From Alphaproteobacteria bacterium (GTDB taxonomy: Bacteria; Pseudomonadota; Alphaproteobacteria; JAPOUT01; G958296285), in assembly GCA_965204775.1 (NCBI GenBank), contig CBDBFH010000019.1, positions 4,394 to 68,393 on the forward strand: a stretch of DNA of 64,000 nucleotides. Direction: 5' to 3'. Position numbers and translations under genes: made by a program. Positions within the stretch are counted from its first letter, which is position 1. The number at the start of each line of letters is the position of its first letter. Positions 28,184 through 36,286 of this stretch are shown here, piece after piece. The notes under the pieces are model-generated. The model searched no databases. It saw only the letters and a program-made list of their open reading frames with translations, and had not been told where the DNA came from.

Positions 28184-29035
28184 ATGAGGGGGCGGCGGCT
28201 GATCTTCCCGGCGCTGGCGGCAGGCTTGGCCGCGGCGCTGTGGGGCTTTTGGCTGGAGCCTGCGCGGGTGACGATTCGCGAGCACCGGCTGGAACTGGCC
28301 GGATGGCCGGAAGCTTTGTCGGGCCTGCGGGTGGCGCTGCTGACCGATCTGCATATCGGCGCGCTCCATATGACGCCGGAGAAACTGGACCGGATCGTCG
28401 CGCTGACCAATCAGGCGGAGGCGGAGATGATCGTGCTGGCCGGCGATTATGTCGCCGGGCGGGCTTTGGTGGGGGCCTCGTTTGTCGCGCCGGAAGCGAT
28501 TGCCCCGGCGCTGGCGCGGCTGCGCGCGCCGCTTGGGGTCTGGAGCGTTCTGGGCAATCACGACCGGCTGCTGGGCCCGGCGCGGATGGCCGCCGCCTTC
28601 ACCGCCCATGACCTCGCCCTGATTGAGGACCGGGCGGTAAAAATCGCCCGCGGCAATGCGGATTTCTGGCTCTTGGGGATTTCGGATTTTTATACCGGCC
28701 CCCATGATTTCGCCCGCGCGCTGGAGGCGGTGCCCGCGGGCGCGCCGGTTGTGGCCCTGACTCACTCGCCGGATATTTTTCCCGAGCTGCCCCGGCGGAT
28801 CATCCTGACTTTGGCCGGGCACACCCATGGCGGGCAGGTCTATCTGCCGTTTTTGGGCCGGCTGGTGGTGCCCTCGCGCTATGGCCAGCGCTACGCCAGG
28901 GGCTTTGTGCTGGAGAAGGGACATGCGATCTTTGTCGGATCAGGTCTGGGGACGACCCTGCTGCCTGTCCGGTTTTTGACCCCGCCGGAGATCAGTCTGG
29001 TGACCATTGTGCGGGGAGAGGGAGGAGACTCATGA
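28184..29035 (+). CDS. metallophosphoesterase (calcineurin-like phosphoesterase)
   Basis: N-terminal TM/signal-like segment, then the DxH..GDY..GNHD..H..GHTH motif series of calcineurin-like phosphoesterases. Confidence 0.8.
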   Translation: MRGRRLIFPALAAGLAAALWGFWLEPARVTIREHRLELAGWPEALSGLRVALLTDLHIGALHMTPEKLDRIVALTNQAEAEMIVLAGDYVAGRALVGASFVAPEAIAPALARLRAPLGVWSVLGNHDRLLGPARMAAAFTAHDLALIEDRAVKIARGNADFWLLGISDFYTGPHDFARALEAVPAGAPVVALTHSPDIFPELPRRIILTLAGHTHGGQVYLPFLGRLVVPSRYGQRYARGFVLEKGHAIFVGSGLGTTLLPVRFLTPPEISLVTIVRGEGGDS

Positions 29036-29946
29036 GCGAGTTGATTTTGCACCATTATGACGCCTCGCCTTTTTCGGAGAAGGTGCGCCTGGTGATGGGG
29101 CTGAAGGGTCTGGCCTGGCGGTCGGTCGAGATTCCGGTGATCATGCCCAAACCGGATTATGTCGAACTGACCGGCGGCTACCGGCGCACGCCGTCGCTGC
29201 AGATCGGGGCGGATATTTATTGCGACACGAATTTGATTTTGCCGGTTCTGGACAAGATCAAGCCCGCGCCCGGCATCTGTGGCGATGCGCCGCGCGGGGC
29301 GGGGATGGTGGCGGCGGCCTGGGCCGAGGAGAGTCTGTTCTGGCCGGTGGCCAGTTATGTGATCGGCCTGAATGCGGAGTCGATTCCGGCGGCTTTCGCC
29401 GCCGACCGGGCGAAGATGCGCGGGGTTGCGCCGCCGACGGCTGCGGAGGCCCGCGCCGCCGCCCAGCAGGCGGCGCCGGAGATTCGGCGCGGACTGGACT
29501 GGATCGCCTCGATGCTGGAGGCCAGAGCCTGTCTGTTTGGGGCAGAGCCGGGTCTGGCCGATTTTGCGGTCTATCACTGCCTGTGGTTTCTGGCGCGCGC
29601 GCCGCAGGGCAAGGCGGAACTGGCCCGGCACGCAGGCGTCGGGCGCTGGATGGCGCGGATGGCGGAACTGGGACACGGCGCGCGCAAGGCGATGGAGGCG
29701 GGCGAAGCGATTGAGATCGCCAAAGCCGCGCGGCCCGCCGCCCTGGAGCCGGGCGCGGCGGACGAGACGGCGCCGCCGGTCGGGGCGCAGGCGTGCATCC
29801 GGGCGGTGCGCTTCGGGCGCGACCCGGTGAGGGGCGAGATTGTCCATGTCTCGGCGGATGAGATCGCGCTGCGGCGCGAATCGGCGCGGGCGGGCGAGGT
29901 GATTGTCCACTTTCCCCGCCGGGGCTATACTGTTCACCCGGTTTGA
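29032..29946 (+). CDS. glutathione S-transferase family protein (long form)
   Basis: N-terminal thioredoxin-like GST domain (LHHYDASPFSEKVRLVMGLKGL) and a helical C-terminal domain. ATGA overlap with the upstream gene. Confidence 0.8.
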   Translation: MSELILHHYDASPFSEKVRLVMGLKGLAWRSVEIPVIMPKPDYVELTGGYRRTPSLQIGADIYCDTNLILPVLDKIKPAPGICGDAPRGAGMVAAAWAEESLFWPVASYVIGLNAESIPAAFAADRAKMRGVAPPTAAEARAAAQQAAPEIRRGLDWIASMLEARACLFGAEPGLADFAVYHCLWFLARAPQGKAELARHAGVGRWMARMAELGHGARKAMEAGEAIEIAKAARPAALEPGAADETAPPVGAQACIRAVRFGRDPVRGEIVHVSADEIALRRESARAGEVIVHFPRRGYTVHPV

Positions 29947-29972
29947 AAAGATAAGCCGAGGGTCGCTGAAGG

Positions 29973-30491
29973 ATGGTCAAGATGAGAAAAGGGGCGGGCG
30001 GTTTTCTGCTGGCGGCGGCGCTGGGTCTGGCGGCGTGCGGCGGCGAGGACGGGCCGGACGGGGTGGTCGAGATCAAACTTCTGGTCACCAGCGATGCCGG
30101 ACGGGTGATGGGGACGATCAGCTGGCGGGACACGGATGAGGGGATCGTTTTTGCGCCCGATCTGCGCGGGGTTCCGCGCGGGCAACACGGCTTTCACATT
30201 CACGCGTTCCCCGATTGCGGCGATGCGGGCCGGGCGGCGGGGGGCCACTACGACCCGGAAGAGACCGGACGGCATGAAGGGCCGGAGGGCGACGGCCATC
30301 TGGGCGATCTTCCGGCGCTCTTTTCCGATGAGGGGGGCCGGGTGACCCAGGCGGTCACCGCGCCCCGGCTGGCGGGGGTGGATATTCGGGGGCTGTCTTT
30401 GGTGATCCATCTGGGCGGGGATAATTATTCCGACACGCCCCGGCCTCTGGGCGGGGGCGGGGCGCGTCTGGCCTGCGGGGTGATCGAATGA
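29973..30491 (+). CDS. sodC: Cu/Zn superoxide dismutase SodC (lipoprotein-type signal peptide)
   Basis: GFHIHAFPDCG, GGHYDP, GDLPAL and LVIHLGGDNYSD are canonical SodC motifs. N-terminal LAACGG lipobox. Confidence 0.9.
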   Translation: MVKMRKGAGGFLLAAALGLAACGGEDGPDGVVEIKLLVTSDAGRVMGTISWRDTDEGIVFAPDLRGVPRGQHGFHIHAFPDCGDAGRAAGGHYDPEETGRHEGPEGDGHLGDLPALFSDEGGRVTQAVTAPRLAGVDIRGLSLVIHLGGDNYSDTPRPLGGGGARLACGVIE

Positions 30492-30763
30492 GCGGCGCGC
30501 CGCCGCCGGACGGCGCGGCGGGCGGCTATTGGAAGGCGGTGCTGAAACTGACCGCGGGTCTGCTGGCGGTCTGGTTTATGGCCTCCTACGGGGCGGGGAT
30601 TTTGTTCCGCGAGGCTCTGGACCGGTTCCAGCTGGGGGGCGCGCCGCTGGGCTTCTGGTTTGCCCAGAACGGGGCGATCTATATTTTCGTTGCGCTGATC
30701 TTTATCTACTGCCGGGCGATGAAGCGGATCGAACGGCGCTTCGGCATTGAAGACTCGGACTAG
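30488..30763 (+). CDS. DUF4212 small membrane protein (putative small subunit of the downstream solute:sodium symporter)
   Basis: 91 aa with two TM helices. Always-adjacent partner of the ActP/VC_2705-type SSS transporters. ATGA overlap with sodC. Confidence 0.8.
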   Translation: MSGAPPPDGAAGGYWKAVLKLTAGLLAVWFMASYGAGILFREALDRFQLGGAPLGFWFAQNGAIYIFVALIFIYCRAMKRIERRFGIEDSD

Positions 30764-30775
30764 TCCGGCGGCGGT

Positions 30776-32596
30776 TTGATGAGTCAGCTGGTCTGGACGA
30801 TCATCTTTGTCGCCGGGACTTTCGCGCTCTATATCGGGATTGCGGTCTGGGCGCGGGCGGGCTCGACCCGGGAGTTTTACGTAGCCGGGCGCGGCGTCCA
30901 CCCGGTGGTCAACGGCATGGCGACCGCCGCCGACTGGATGTCGGCGGCCTCCTTTCTGTCGATGGCCGGTCTGATCGCCTTTCTGGGCTATGGCGGTTCG
31001 GTCTATCTGATGGGCTGGACGGGGGGCTATGTTTTGCTGGCGCTTTTGCTCGCGCCGTTTTTGCGCAGTTTCGGCAAATTCACGGTGCCCGACTTTGTCG
31101 GCGACCGCTACTACTCAAACTGGGCGCGGGGGATTGCGGTGGTCTGCGCGCTGTTTGTCTCCTTCACCTATATCGCCGGACAGATGCGCGGGGTCGGGGT
31201 GGCCTTTTCCGGCTTTCTGGGGATTCCCTATGAGGCCGGGGTTCTGGCCGGGATGGCGGTGGTGTTTTGCTACACGGTTCTGGGCGGGATGAACGGGATC
31301 ACCTATACGCAGGTTGCGCAATATTGCGTTCTGATTTTCGCCTACACGGTTCCGGCGATTTTCATTTCGCTGATCATCACCGGCAATCCGGTTCCGCAGC
31401 TGGGCTTCATCTCCGATGTGCGGGGCGGCGGGGTTTCGATGCTGGAGAAGCTGAATATGGTTCTGCAGGATCTGGGCTTTCTGGAATACACCTCGACCGA
31501 CAAATCCATGCTTGACGTTCTGTGCATCACGGCGGCGCTGATGTTTGGGACGGCGGGTCTGCCGCATGTGATCATTCGCTTTTTTACGGTGCGCTCGGCG
31601 CAGGCGGCGCGGGTTTCGGCGGGCTGGGCGCTGCTGTTCATCGCCGCGCTTTACACGGCGGCCCCGGCGGTGGGGGCCTTTGCGCGGCTTAATTTTATCG
31701 ATTCGGTGAATGAGGCGTCCTATATCGCGGACGGGGAGGATTATGCGGCGCGGGCGGCGGAGATTCGGGCGGCGGGCGGCAAGCCGGTCCCGGAATGGTA
31801 CAAGTCCTGGGAGAAGACCGGGCTGGTCCGCTATGACGACCGCAACGGCGACGGGGTCATGCAGTATCGCGGGCCGGATGCGCCGGACGGGCTGGCCAAT
31901 GAGGTGGAGCCGAATCGCGACATTTTCGTTCTGGCCAATCCGGAGATTGCGCAGCTGCCGCATTGGGTGATTGCGCTGGTGGTGGCCGGGGGTCTGGCGG
32001 CGGCGCTTTCGACTGCGGCGGGGCTTTTGATGGTGATTTCTTCGGCGGTCAGCCATGACCTGTGCCGGCGGACGCTGTTTACGGGCATGAGCGACGCGGC
32101 GGAGCTGCGGGTTGCGCGGGCTTCGGCGGCGGGGGCGGTTCTGGCCGCCGGGCTGCTGGGGATTTACGCTTCGCAGCTGGGTTTTGTTGCGCAGGTGGTG
32201 GCGTTCGCCTTTGGTCTGGCGGCGGCCTCGCTGTTTCCGGTTTTGTTTCTGGGGATTTTCTGGAAGCGGATGAACCGGGAAGGGGCGATTGCGGCGATGG
32301 TGACGGGGCTGGCCTCGACCTTTTCTTATATTGTTTATTTCAAGTTTCTGGGGGGCGGGCCGGATCAATGGTTTTTGGGGGTGTCGCCGGAGGGGATCGG
32401 TTTTGTCTTTATGTGGCTGGCGCTGGGGGTTGGGGTGATTGTTGCGCTGGCGAGCGCGCCGCCGCCGCGGGCGGTGCAGGATCTGGTTGAGGAGATTCGC
32501 GCGCCCGGCAGGGCGGCCCCGACGCGGGGGGCGGCCCCGGCGCGGGGTGCGGCCCTGGCGCGGGGCGCGGCCCCGGCTCGGGGGGCGGCGGAATGA
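30776..32596 (+). CDS. sodium:solute symporter family transporter (ActP-like cation/acetate symporter subfamily), with repeat-rich C-terminal tail
   Basis: 606 aa, 13-14 TM helices, and SSS family motifs (GRGVHPVVNGMATAADWMSAASFLSMAG). The C-terminal ~30 aa consist of AAPxRG repeats. Confidence 0.85.
   Translation: MMSQLVWTIIFVAGTFALYIGIAVWARAGSTREFYVAGRGVHPVVNGMATAADWMSAASFLSMAGLIAFLGYGGSVYLMGWTGGYVLLALLLAPFLRSFGKFTVPDFVGDRYYSNWARGIAVVCALFVSFTYIAGQMRGVGVAFSGFLGIPYEAGVLAGMAVVFCYTVLGGMNGITYTQVAQYCVLIFAYTVPAIFISLIITGNPVPQLGFISDVRGGGVSMLEKLNMVLQDLGFLEYTSTDKSMLDVLCITAALMFGTAGLPHVIIRFFTVRSAQAARVSAGWALLFIAALYTAAPAVGAFARLNFIDSVNEASYIADGEDYAARAAEIRAAGGKPVPEWYKSWEKTGLVRYDDRNGDGVMQYRGPDAPDGLANEVEPNRDIFVLANPEIAQLPHWVIALVVAGGLAAALSTAAGLLMVISSAVSHDLCRRTLFTGMSDAAELRVARASAAGAVLAAGLLGIYASQLGFVAQVVAFAFGLAAASLFPVLFLGIFWKRMNREGAIAAMVTGLASTFSYIVYFKFLGGGPDQWFLGVSPEGIGFVFMWLALGVGVIVALASAPPPRAVQDLVEEIRAPGRAAPTRGAAPARGAALARGAAPARGAAE
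32513..32584. repeat. 18-bp tandem repeat x4 (GCGGCCCCGGCGCGGGGN) at the 3' end of the symporter gene
   Basis: Four near-identical 18-mers encode (A)APARGA repeats in frame. Confidence 0.8.
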
Positions 32597-32636
32597 GTTT
32601 TATTTCCGGCCTTTGGTTGGGAAGATGATGGCCGCT

Positions 32637-33017
32637 TTATTTTTCGGAGTCCGGGGAAGCGGGGATGTGGAAACGGACGCCGAGGAGTTCGTCGAAGGGC
32701 GGCAGGGGCAATTTTTCCTCTTCGAATTCGAGGTTTTGGGGGGCGGGGGAGATGAGGTGGCTATAGCCGGATTTTTTGAGTTCCTCGCGGATAGCGGTGA
32801 GGAGGTTGCGGCAATATTCGTCCTCCAGGAGGCGGCAGAAGGTATTGAGGTGATCGGTGATGATATAGGGGGCGGATTTCCGGTAGTGCCGGGCGTAGTT
32901 GAGGGCGGCGTCCCGGATTTTACCGGGCGGCGGGGGGCGGGCGGATCGGGGCTGGAGGAAAACGCCGATGACAAAGCCAAAGAATCCTGCGCCGAGGAGA
33001 TAGGCGATGATGTCCAT
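32637..33017 (-). CDS. hypothetical membrane-anchored protein (126 aa)
   Basis: The N-terminal hydrophobic helix MDIIAYLLGAGFFGFVIGVFL is followed by a soluble domain. GC intermediate. No recognisable motif. Confidence 0.4.
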   Translation of the reverse strand: MDIIAYLLGAGFFGFVIGVFLQPRSARPPPPGKIRDAALNYARHYRKSAPYIITDHLNTFCRLLEDEYCRNLLTAIREELKKSGYSHLISPAPQNLEFEEEKLPLPPFDELLGVRFHIPASPDSEK

Positions 33018-33071
33018 TGTGGGCCTCCCGGTTCCCGGCGGGTCTGTTCCCGCGTTTATGTCAGGGTTGTA

Positions 33072-33113
33072 GCATATAAGTATCTACCACTCAAGGGGTT
33101 TTGATACTTATAT
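33072..33113. promoter_or_regulatory. perfect 12-bp inverted repeat CATATAAGTATC-N18-GATACTTATATG upstream of the XRE regulator gene (putative operator)
   Basis: Located 40 bp upstream of the XRE-family gene start in an AT-rich segment. A second short palindrome GGCCAT..ATGGCC overlaps the start codon. Confidence 0.45.
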
Positions 33114-33152
33114 GATGTCGCATATAGTCTACATTTCGGCCATGCAACCAAT

Positions 33153-33386
33153 ATGGCCGATCTGTTGTGGATTATCGGACGCCGGGTCTTCAAGTTCCGG
33201 AAAGAGCGGGAGTGGTCGCAAGAGCGGCTGTCTTTCGAGTCGGGCCTGCACCGCGCCTATATCAGCGGGGTCGAGACCGGGGAGCGGAACCCGACGGCCA
33301 AGACGCTGGCTAAATTAGCGAAAGCGCTGAGGGTCTCGCCCGCCGATTTACTGCCGGGCCACACCAGATGGACGCTTCCCGACTAA
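33153..33386 (+). CDS. XRE-family helix-turn-helix transcriptional regulator (77 aa; controller-protein-like)
   Basis: SQERLSFESGLHRAYISGVETGERNPTAKTLAKLAKAL is a canonical Cro/C1-type HTH. Confidence 0.75.
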   Translation: MADLLWIIGRRVFKFRKEREWSQERLSFESGLHRAYISGVETGERNPTAKTLAKLAKALRVSPADLLPGHTRWTLPD

Positions 33387-33444
33387 AACCAGGGGGTTCA
33401 AGGGGGACGAGTCCCCCTTGAGAAAGAAAACCGAAAACCCGCGC

Positions 33445-34077
33445 CTACCAGATATCCGGCTTGCGCAGTGGCGGGTTTCCCGGAACCGGATTGGGCAATT
33501 GGCAGACTTTCAAGACCCCGGTTCTGATCGGCTTCATACGATTATTGCTGGCTTCACGCAGTTGCCTGGACACATGCCAACGCCTTCTGACAGGCGCAAG
33601 AAGCATGATGGTTTTTTGGGAGTGCGCTTTTTTTGTCAATTCGATTGCCTCGGTAAAATCGCTGTCATTGGAAATAATCACAGCGCAGTCATATTCATCC
33701 CGCCAGCCATCATTTAACAGGTGAACGGCAAGATTGACGTCCGATCCTTTCTCCTCCGTCTTGATGACCCGCACCTTTTCCTGCGGATTATCCGCGCGAG
33801 GCATCCATCTTTTTTCACTCATGAAACTGCCATTATAAATCTCCAATTCCGGGATATGCCGCCTTAATGCAAGCCAGTAGATTTTCTGGCGTTCTGGCTG
33901 TTGAGAATCTCCTTCACGCGGCTTGACCGGAGCGGTGAAGAATTTAATCCTGTCCACCGCGCAGTCCGGGGGAAGCAGACGCAGGCAAAGTTTTTTCAGA
34001 TCAAGCCATTTATATTGGGTGTCTTTGAGCGCTCCATAATAAAGATTAAACCCGTCAACATAGACAAAGGTGCGCAT
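33445..34077 (-). CDS. NYN-domain (LabA-like, PIN-related) putative ribonuclease
   Basis: FVYVDGFNLYY start and EKGSDVNLAVHLLND ... DCAVIISNDSDFTEAI acidic motifs of the NYN/DUF88 fold. Visibly low GC. Confidence 0.75.
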   Translation of the reverse strand: MRTFVYVDGFNLYYGALKDTQYKWLDLKKLCLRLLPPDCAVDRIKFFTAPVKPREGDSQQPERQKIYWLALRRHIPELEIYNGSFMSEKRWMPRADNPQEKVRVIKTEEKGSDVNLAVHLLNDGWRDEYDCAVIISNDSDFTEAIELTKKAHSQKTIMLLAPVRRRWHVSRQLREASNNRMKPIRTGVLKVCQLPNPVPGNPPLRKPDIW

Positions 34078-34116
34078 CGCATAAGGCTCTCTACAATATT
34101 TTCAGGTGCGTCGCGA

Positions 34117-34150
34117 AAATACATCCCTAAAAAGCAGGGGCCCCCCGAAG
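34117..34150 (-). terminator. rho-independent terminator downstream of the monooxygenase gene
   Basis: On the minus strand: GGGGCCCTCTTCGGGGGGCCCC hairpin followed by TGCTTTTTA. Confidence 0.55.
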
Positions 34151-34274
34151 AGGGCCCCGCACCCTGAAGACGAAACAACAGGGGGTATCATTAATGTAAT
34201 AATGGGAGAAGTTGCATTTAAAGTCAACGTCTTTTTCAGGCGAATTTTCCTTGTTTTCCAAGGGTTTGCGGGCT

Positions 34275-35765
34275 TCAGGCGATCAGTTCGTAGTCGGCGA
34301 GGTTGACCGAGGACGTCGCCGCCGCGTAGTCGCGGGTGTGCGAAGACCAGTTCTGGGTGATCTTGCCCTGCGCGTTTTTGTACCATGAGGTGCAGTTGGG
34401 GTCGGCCCAGACGCGCGTGCGCAAATCCTTTTGCAGTTGGGCGTTGAAGCGGGCCTGGGCTTCGGGCGAGGGCATCAGGGCGCGGGCCCCCTTCTCTTCC
34501 AGAAGTTTCAGCGCCTTGACCGCGTAATTCACCTGATCCTCGATCATCACCAGAATCGAGTTGTGGCCCAGATTGGTGTTCGGCCCGTAGAGGACGAAGA
34601 AATTGGGAAAGCCGGAGACGGTGATTCCCAGATAGGCTTCCGGCCCCTCGCGCCAGGCTTCGGCCAGACGGGTTCCGGCGCGGCCCTCGATATCCAGCGA
34701 CCAGTGCCAGCCGGTGGTCTCAAAACCGGTCGCGCAGACCAGAACGTCCAGTTTGTGCAAACTGCCGTCTTGAATCTCGACCCCGTCGGGGACGATGCGC
34801 GTGATTTTTTCCGTCACCAGATCGACATCCTCGCGCAGCAGGCAGGGGTAGAAGTCATCCGAGAAGAGGATTCGCTTGCAGCCGATTGGGTAATCGGGCG
34901 TCAGTTTTTTGCGCAATGCGGGGTCGGAAACCTGCTCCTCCAGATGGGTTTTGGCGAGAAGCGTCTGAAAGTCGCGGCCCTGTTTGGTCCAGGCGAAGGC
35001 CTGCCAGAAAAAATGATCGGCGTTTTCATAGATCATCTGCCGGTTGGCCTGGGCGATGCGCAGGGCGGCTTCGGGATTGGTCGCCATCAGGGCTTTTTCC
35101 TCGTCGCTGATCGGGCGGTCGAGGCGGGGGACGACCCAGTTGGGGGTGCGCTGGAAGACGGTCAGATGGGCGGCTTCCTGCGCGACCTCCGGAATCAGCT
35201 GAACGGCGCTCGCCCCGGAGCCGATCACCCCGACCCGCTTTCCGGCCAGCGCCAGCGCGCGGTCCCAGCGGGCGGAATGCATCACCGGCCCGGCGAAGCG
35301 CGCCAGACCCTCAATGTCGGGCATGACCGGGCGATTGAGCTGGCCAAGCCCGGCGATCACCGCATCGGCCTCGATTTCGCCGCCCGAGGCCAGGGTCAGC
35401 CGCCAGCAGCGCGCGGCTTCGTCCCAGCGCGCCGCGCGAATCTCCTCGGACAGGCGCAGGCGGGGCTTGAGCTGAAAGCGCTCGACCACCTCCTCGGCAT
35501 AGGCCTGAACCTCGTCCGAGCGCGGAAACAGATGACTCCAGCGCCCGCTGGGCGCAAAGGAAAGATGATAGAGGGCGACCGGCACGTCGCAGGCGCAACC
35601 GGGATATTTGTTCTCGTGCCAGACGCCGCCGACTTTCGCGTTGCGGTCGAAGATCAGGAAATCGCCGATGCCGCTTTCCTTCAGCCGGGCCGCCGCGCAC
35701 AAACCGCCGAAGCCCGCGCCGATGATCGCCACGCGCAGTTTTTCATCAGGCTTTTTGCTCATCAC
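34275..35765 (-). CDS. flavin-containing / Baeyer-Villiger-type monooxygenase (NAD(P)/FAD-dependent)
   Basis: Two Rossmann motifs (VAIIGAGFGG and GKRVGVIGSGASA) and FMO-type spacing. 496 aa. Confidence 0.85.
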   Translation of the reverse strand: MMSKKPDEKLRVAIIGAGFGGLCAAARLKESGIGDFLIFDRNAKVGGVWHENKYPGCACDVPVALYHLSFAPSGRWSHLFPRSDEVQAYAEEVVERFQLKPRLRLSEEIRAARWDEAARCWRLTLASGGEIEADAVIAGLGQLNRPVMPDIEGLARFAGPVMHSARWDRALALAGKRVGVIGSGASAVQLIPEVAQEAAHLTVFQRTPNWVVPRLDRPISDEEKALMATNPEAALRIAQANRQMIYENADHFFWQAFAWTKQGRDFQTLLAKTHLEEQVSDPALRKKLTPDYPIGCKRILFSDDFYPCLLREDVDLVTEKITRIVPDGVEIQDGSLHKLDVLVCATGFETTGWHWSLDIEGRAGTRLAEAWREGPEAYLGITVSGFPNFFVLYGPNTNLGHNSILVMIEDQVNYAVKALKLLEEKGARALMPSPEAQARFNAQLQKDLRTRVWADPNCTSWYKNAQGKITQNWSSHTRDYAAATSSVNLADYELIA

Positions 35766-35809
35766 TCTCTCCCCCTTGTCTTTTTGTCCTTCGCGCTACG
35801 CCCGGCGGA

Positions 35810-36223
35810 TCATTGCGGATCCTGCGCGAAGACCGGCAGCGTCTCGTCGATATGGGCCCAGGGCGGCGCCGAGCTTTTCCACAGAGTCATCGACGGCTTG
35901 AGCCAGGAGGCGTCGTCCAGCGTCCCGGCCTTGATCCCCCAGATCGCCGGCGTGGCTTTTATGTCGGAGAAGAGGGGGGTGCCGCATTTGGCGCAGAACC
36001 GGCGGGTGACGATATTGCCTTTCCGGGTTTTGCAGTCATAGGCCTGGGTTTCGCCGCGGGTGAGTTCAAACGCATCACGGGCGACGATCAGCACCGCCGC
36101 GGCATTGCCGCCCGAAACATAGCGGCACTCGCGGCAGTGACAGTTGATGAACGCCATCGGCTCGCCCGTGCAGCGATAGCGCACCGCGCCGCACATGCAG
36201 CCGCCTTCAAACGGGGTGGTCAT
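35810..36223 (-). CDS. GFA family protein (glutathione-dependent formaldehyde-activating / CENP-V-like Zn-binding)
   Basis: CMCGAVRY...CHCRECR...CAKCGTPLF cysteine pattern of the GFA family. Confidence 0.8.
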   Translation of the reverse strand: MTTPFEGGCMCGAVRYRCTGEPMAFINCHCRECRYVSGGNAAAVLIVARDAFELTRGETQAYDCKTRKGNIVTRRFCAKCGTPLFSDIKATPAIWGIKAGTLDDASWLKPSMTLWKSSAPPWAHIDETLPVFAQDPQ

Positions 36224-36286
36224 TTGCGCTCTCCTTCCTTTTCCCTTTGTCCGTCCTTGAGCCTCGTCCGGGACGGGAGCAGTCTA

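Noticed and set aside
34431-36041. 536-aa plus-strand ORF
   Set aside because: It is antisense to the flavin monooxygenase gene, which has clear Rossmann motifs on the minus strand.
36224-36286. Short palindrome CGTCCCGGACG downstream of cdnL
   Set aside because: It is a 5-bp stem with a 1-nt loop and no U-tract, so it is not a credible terminator.
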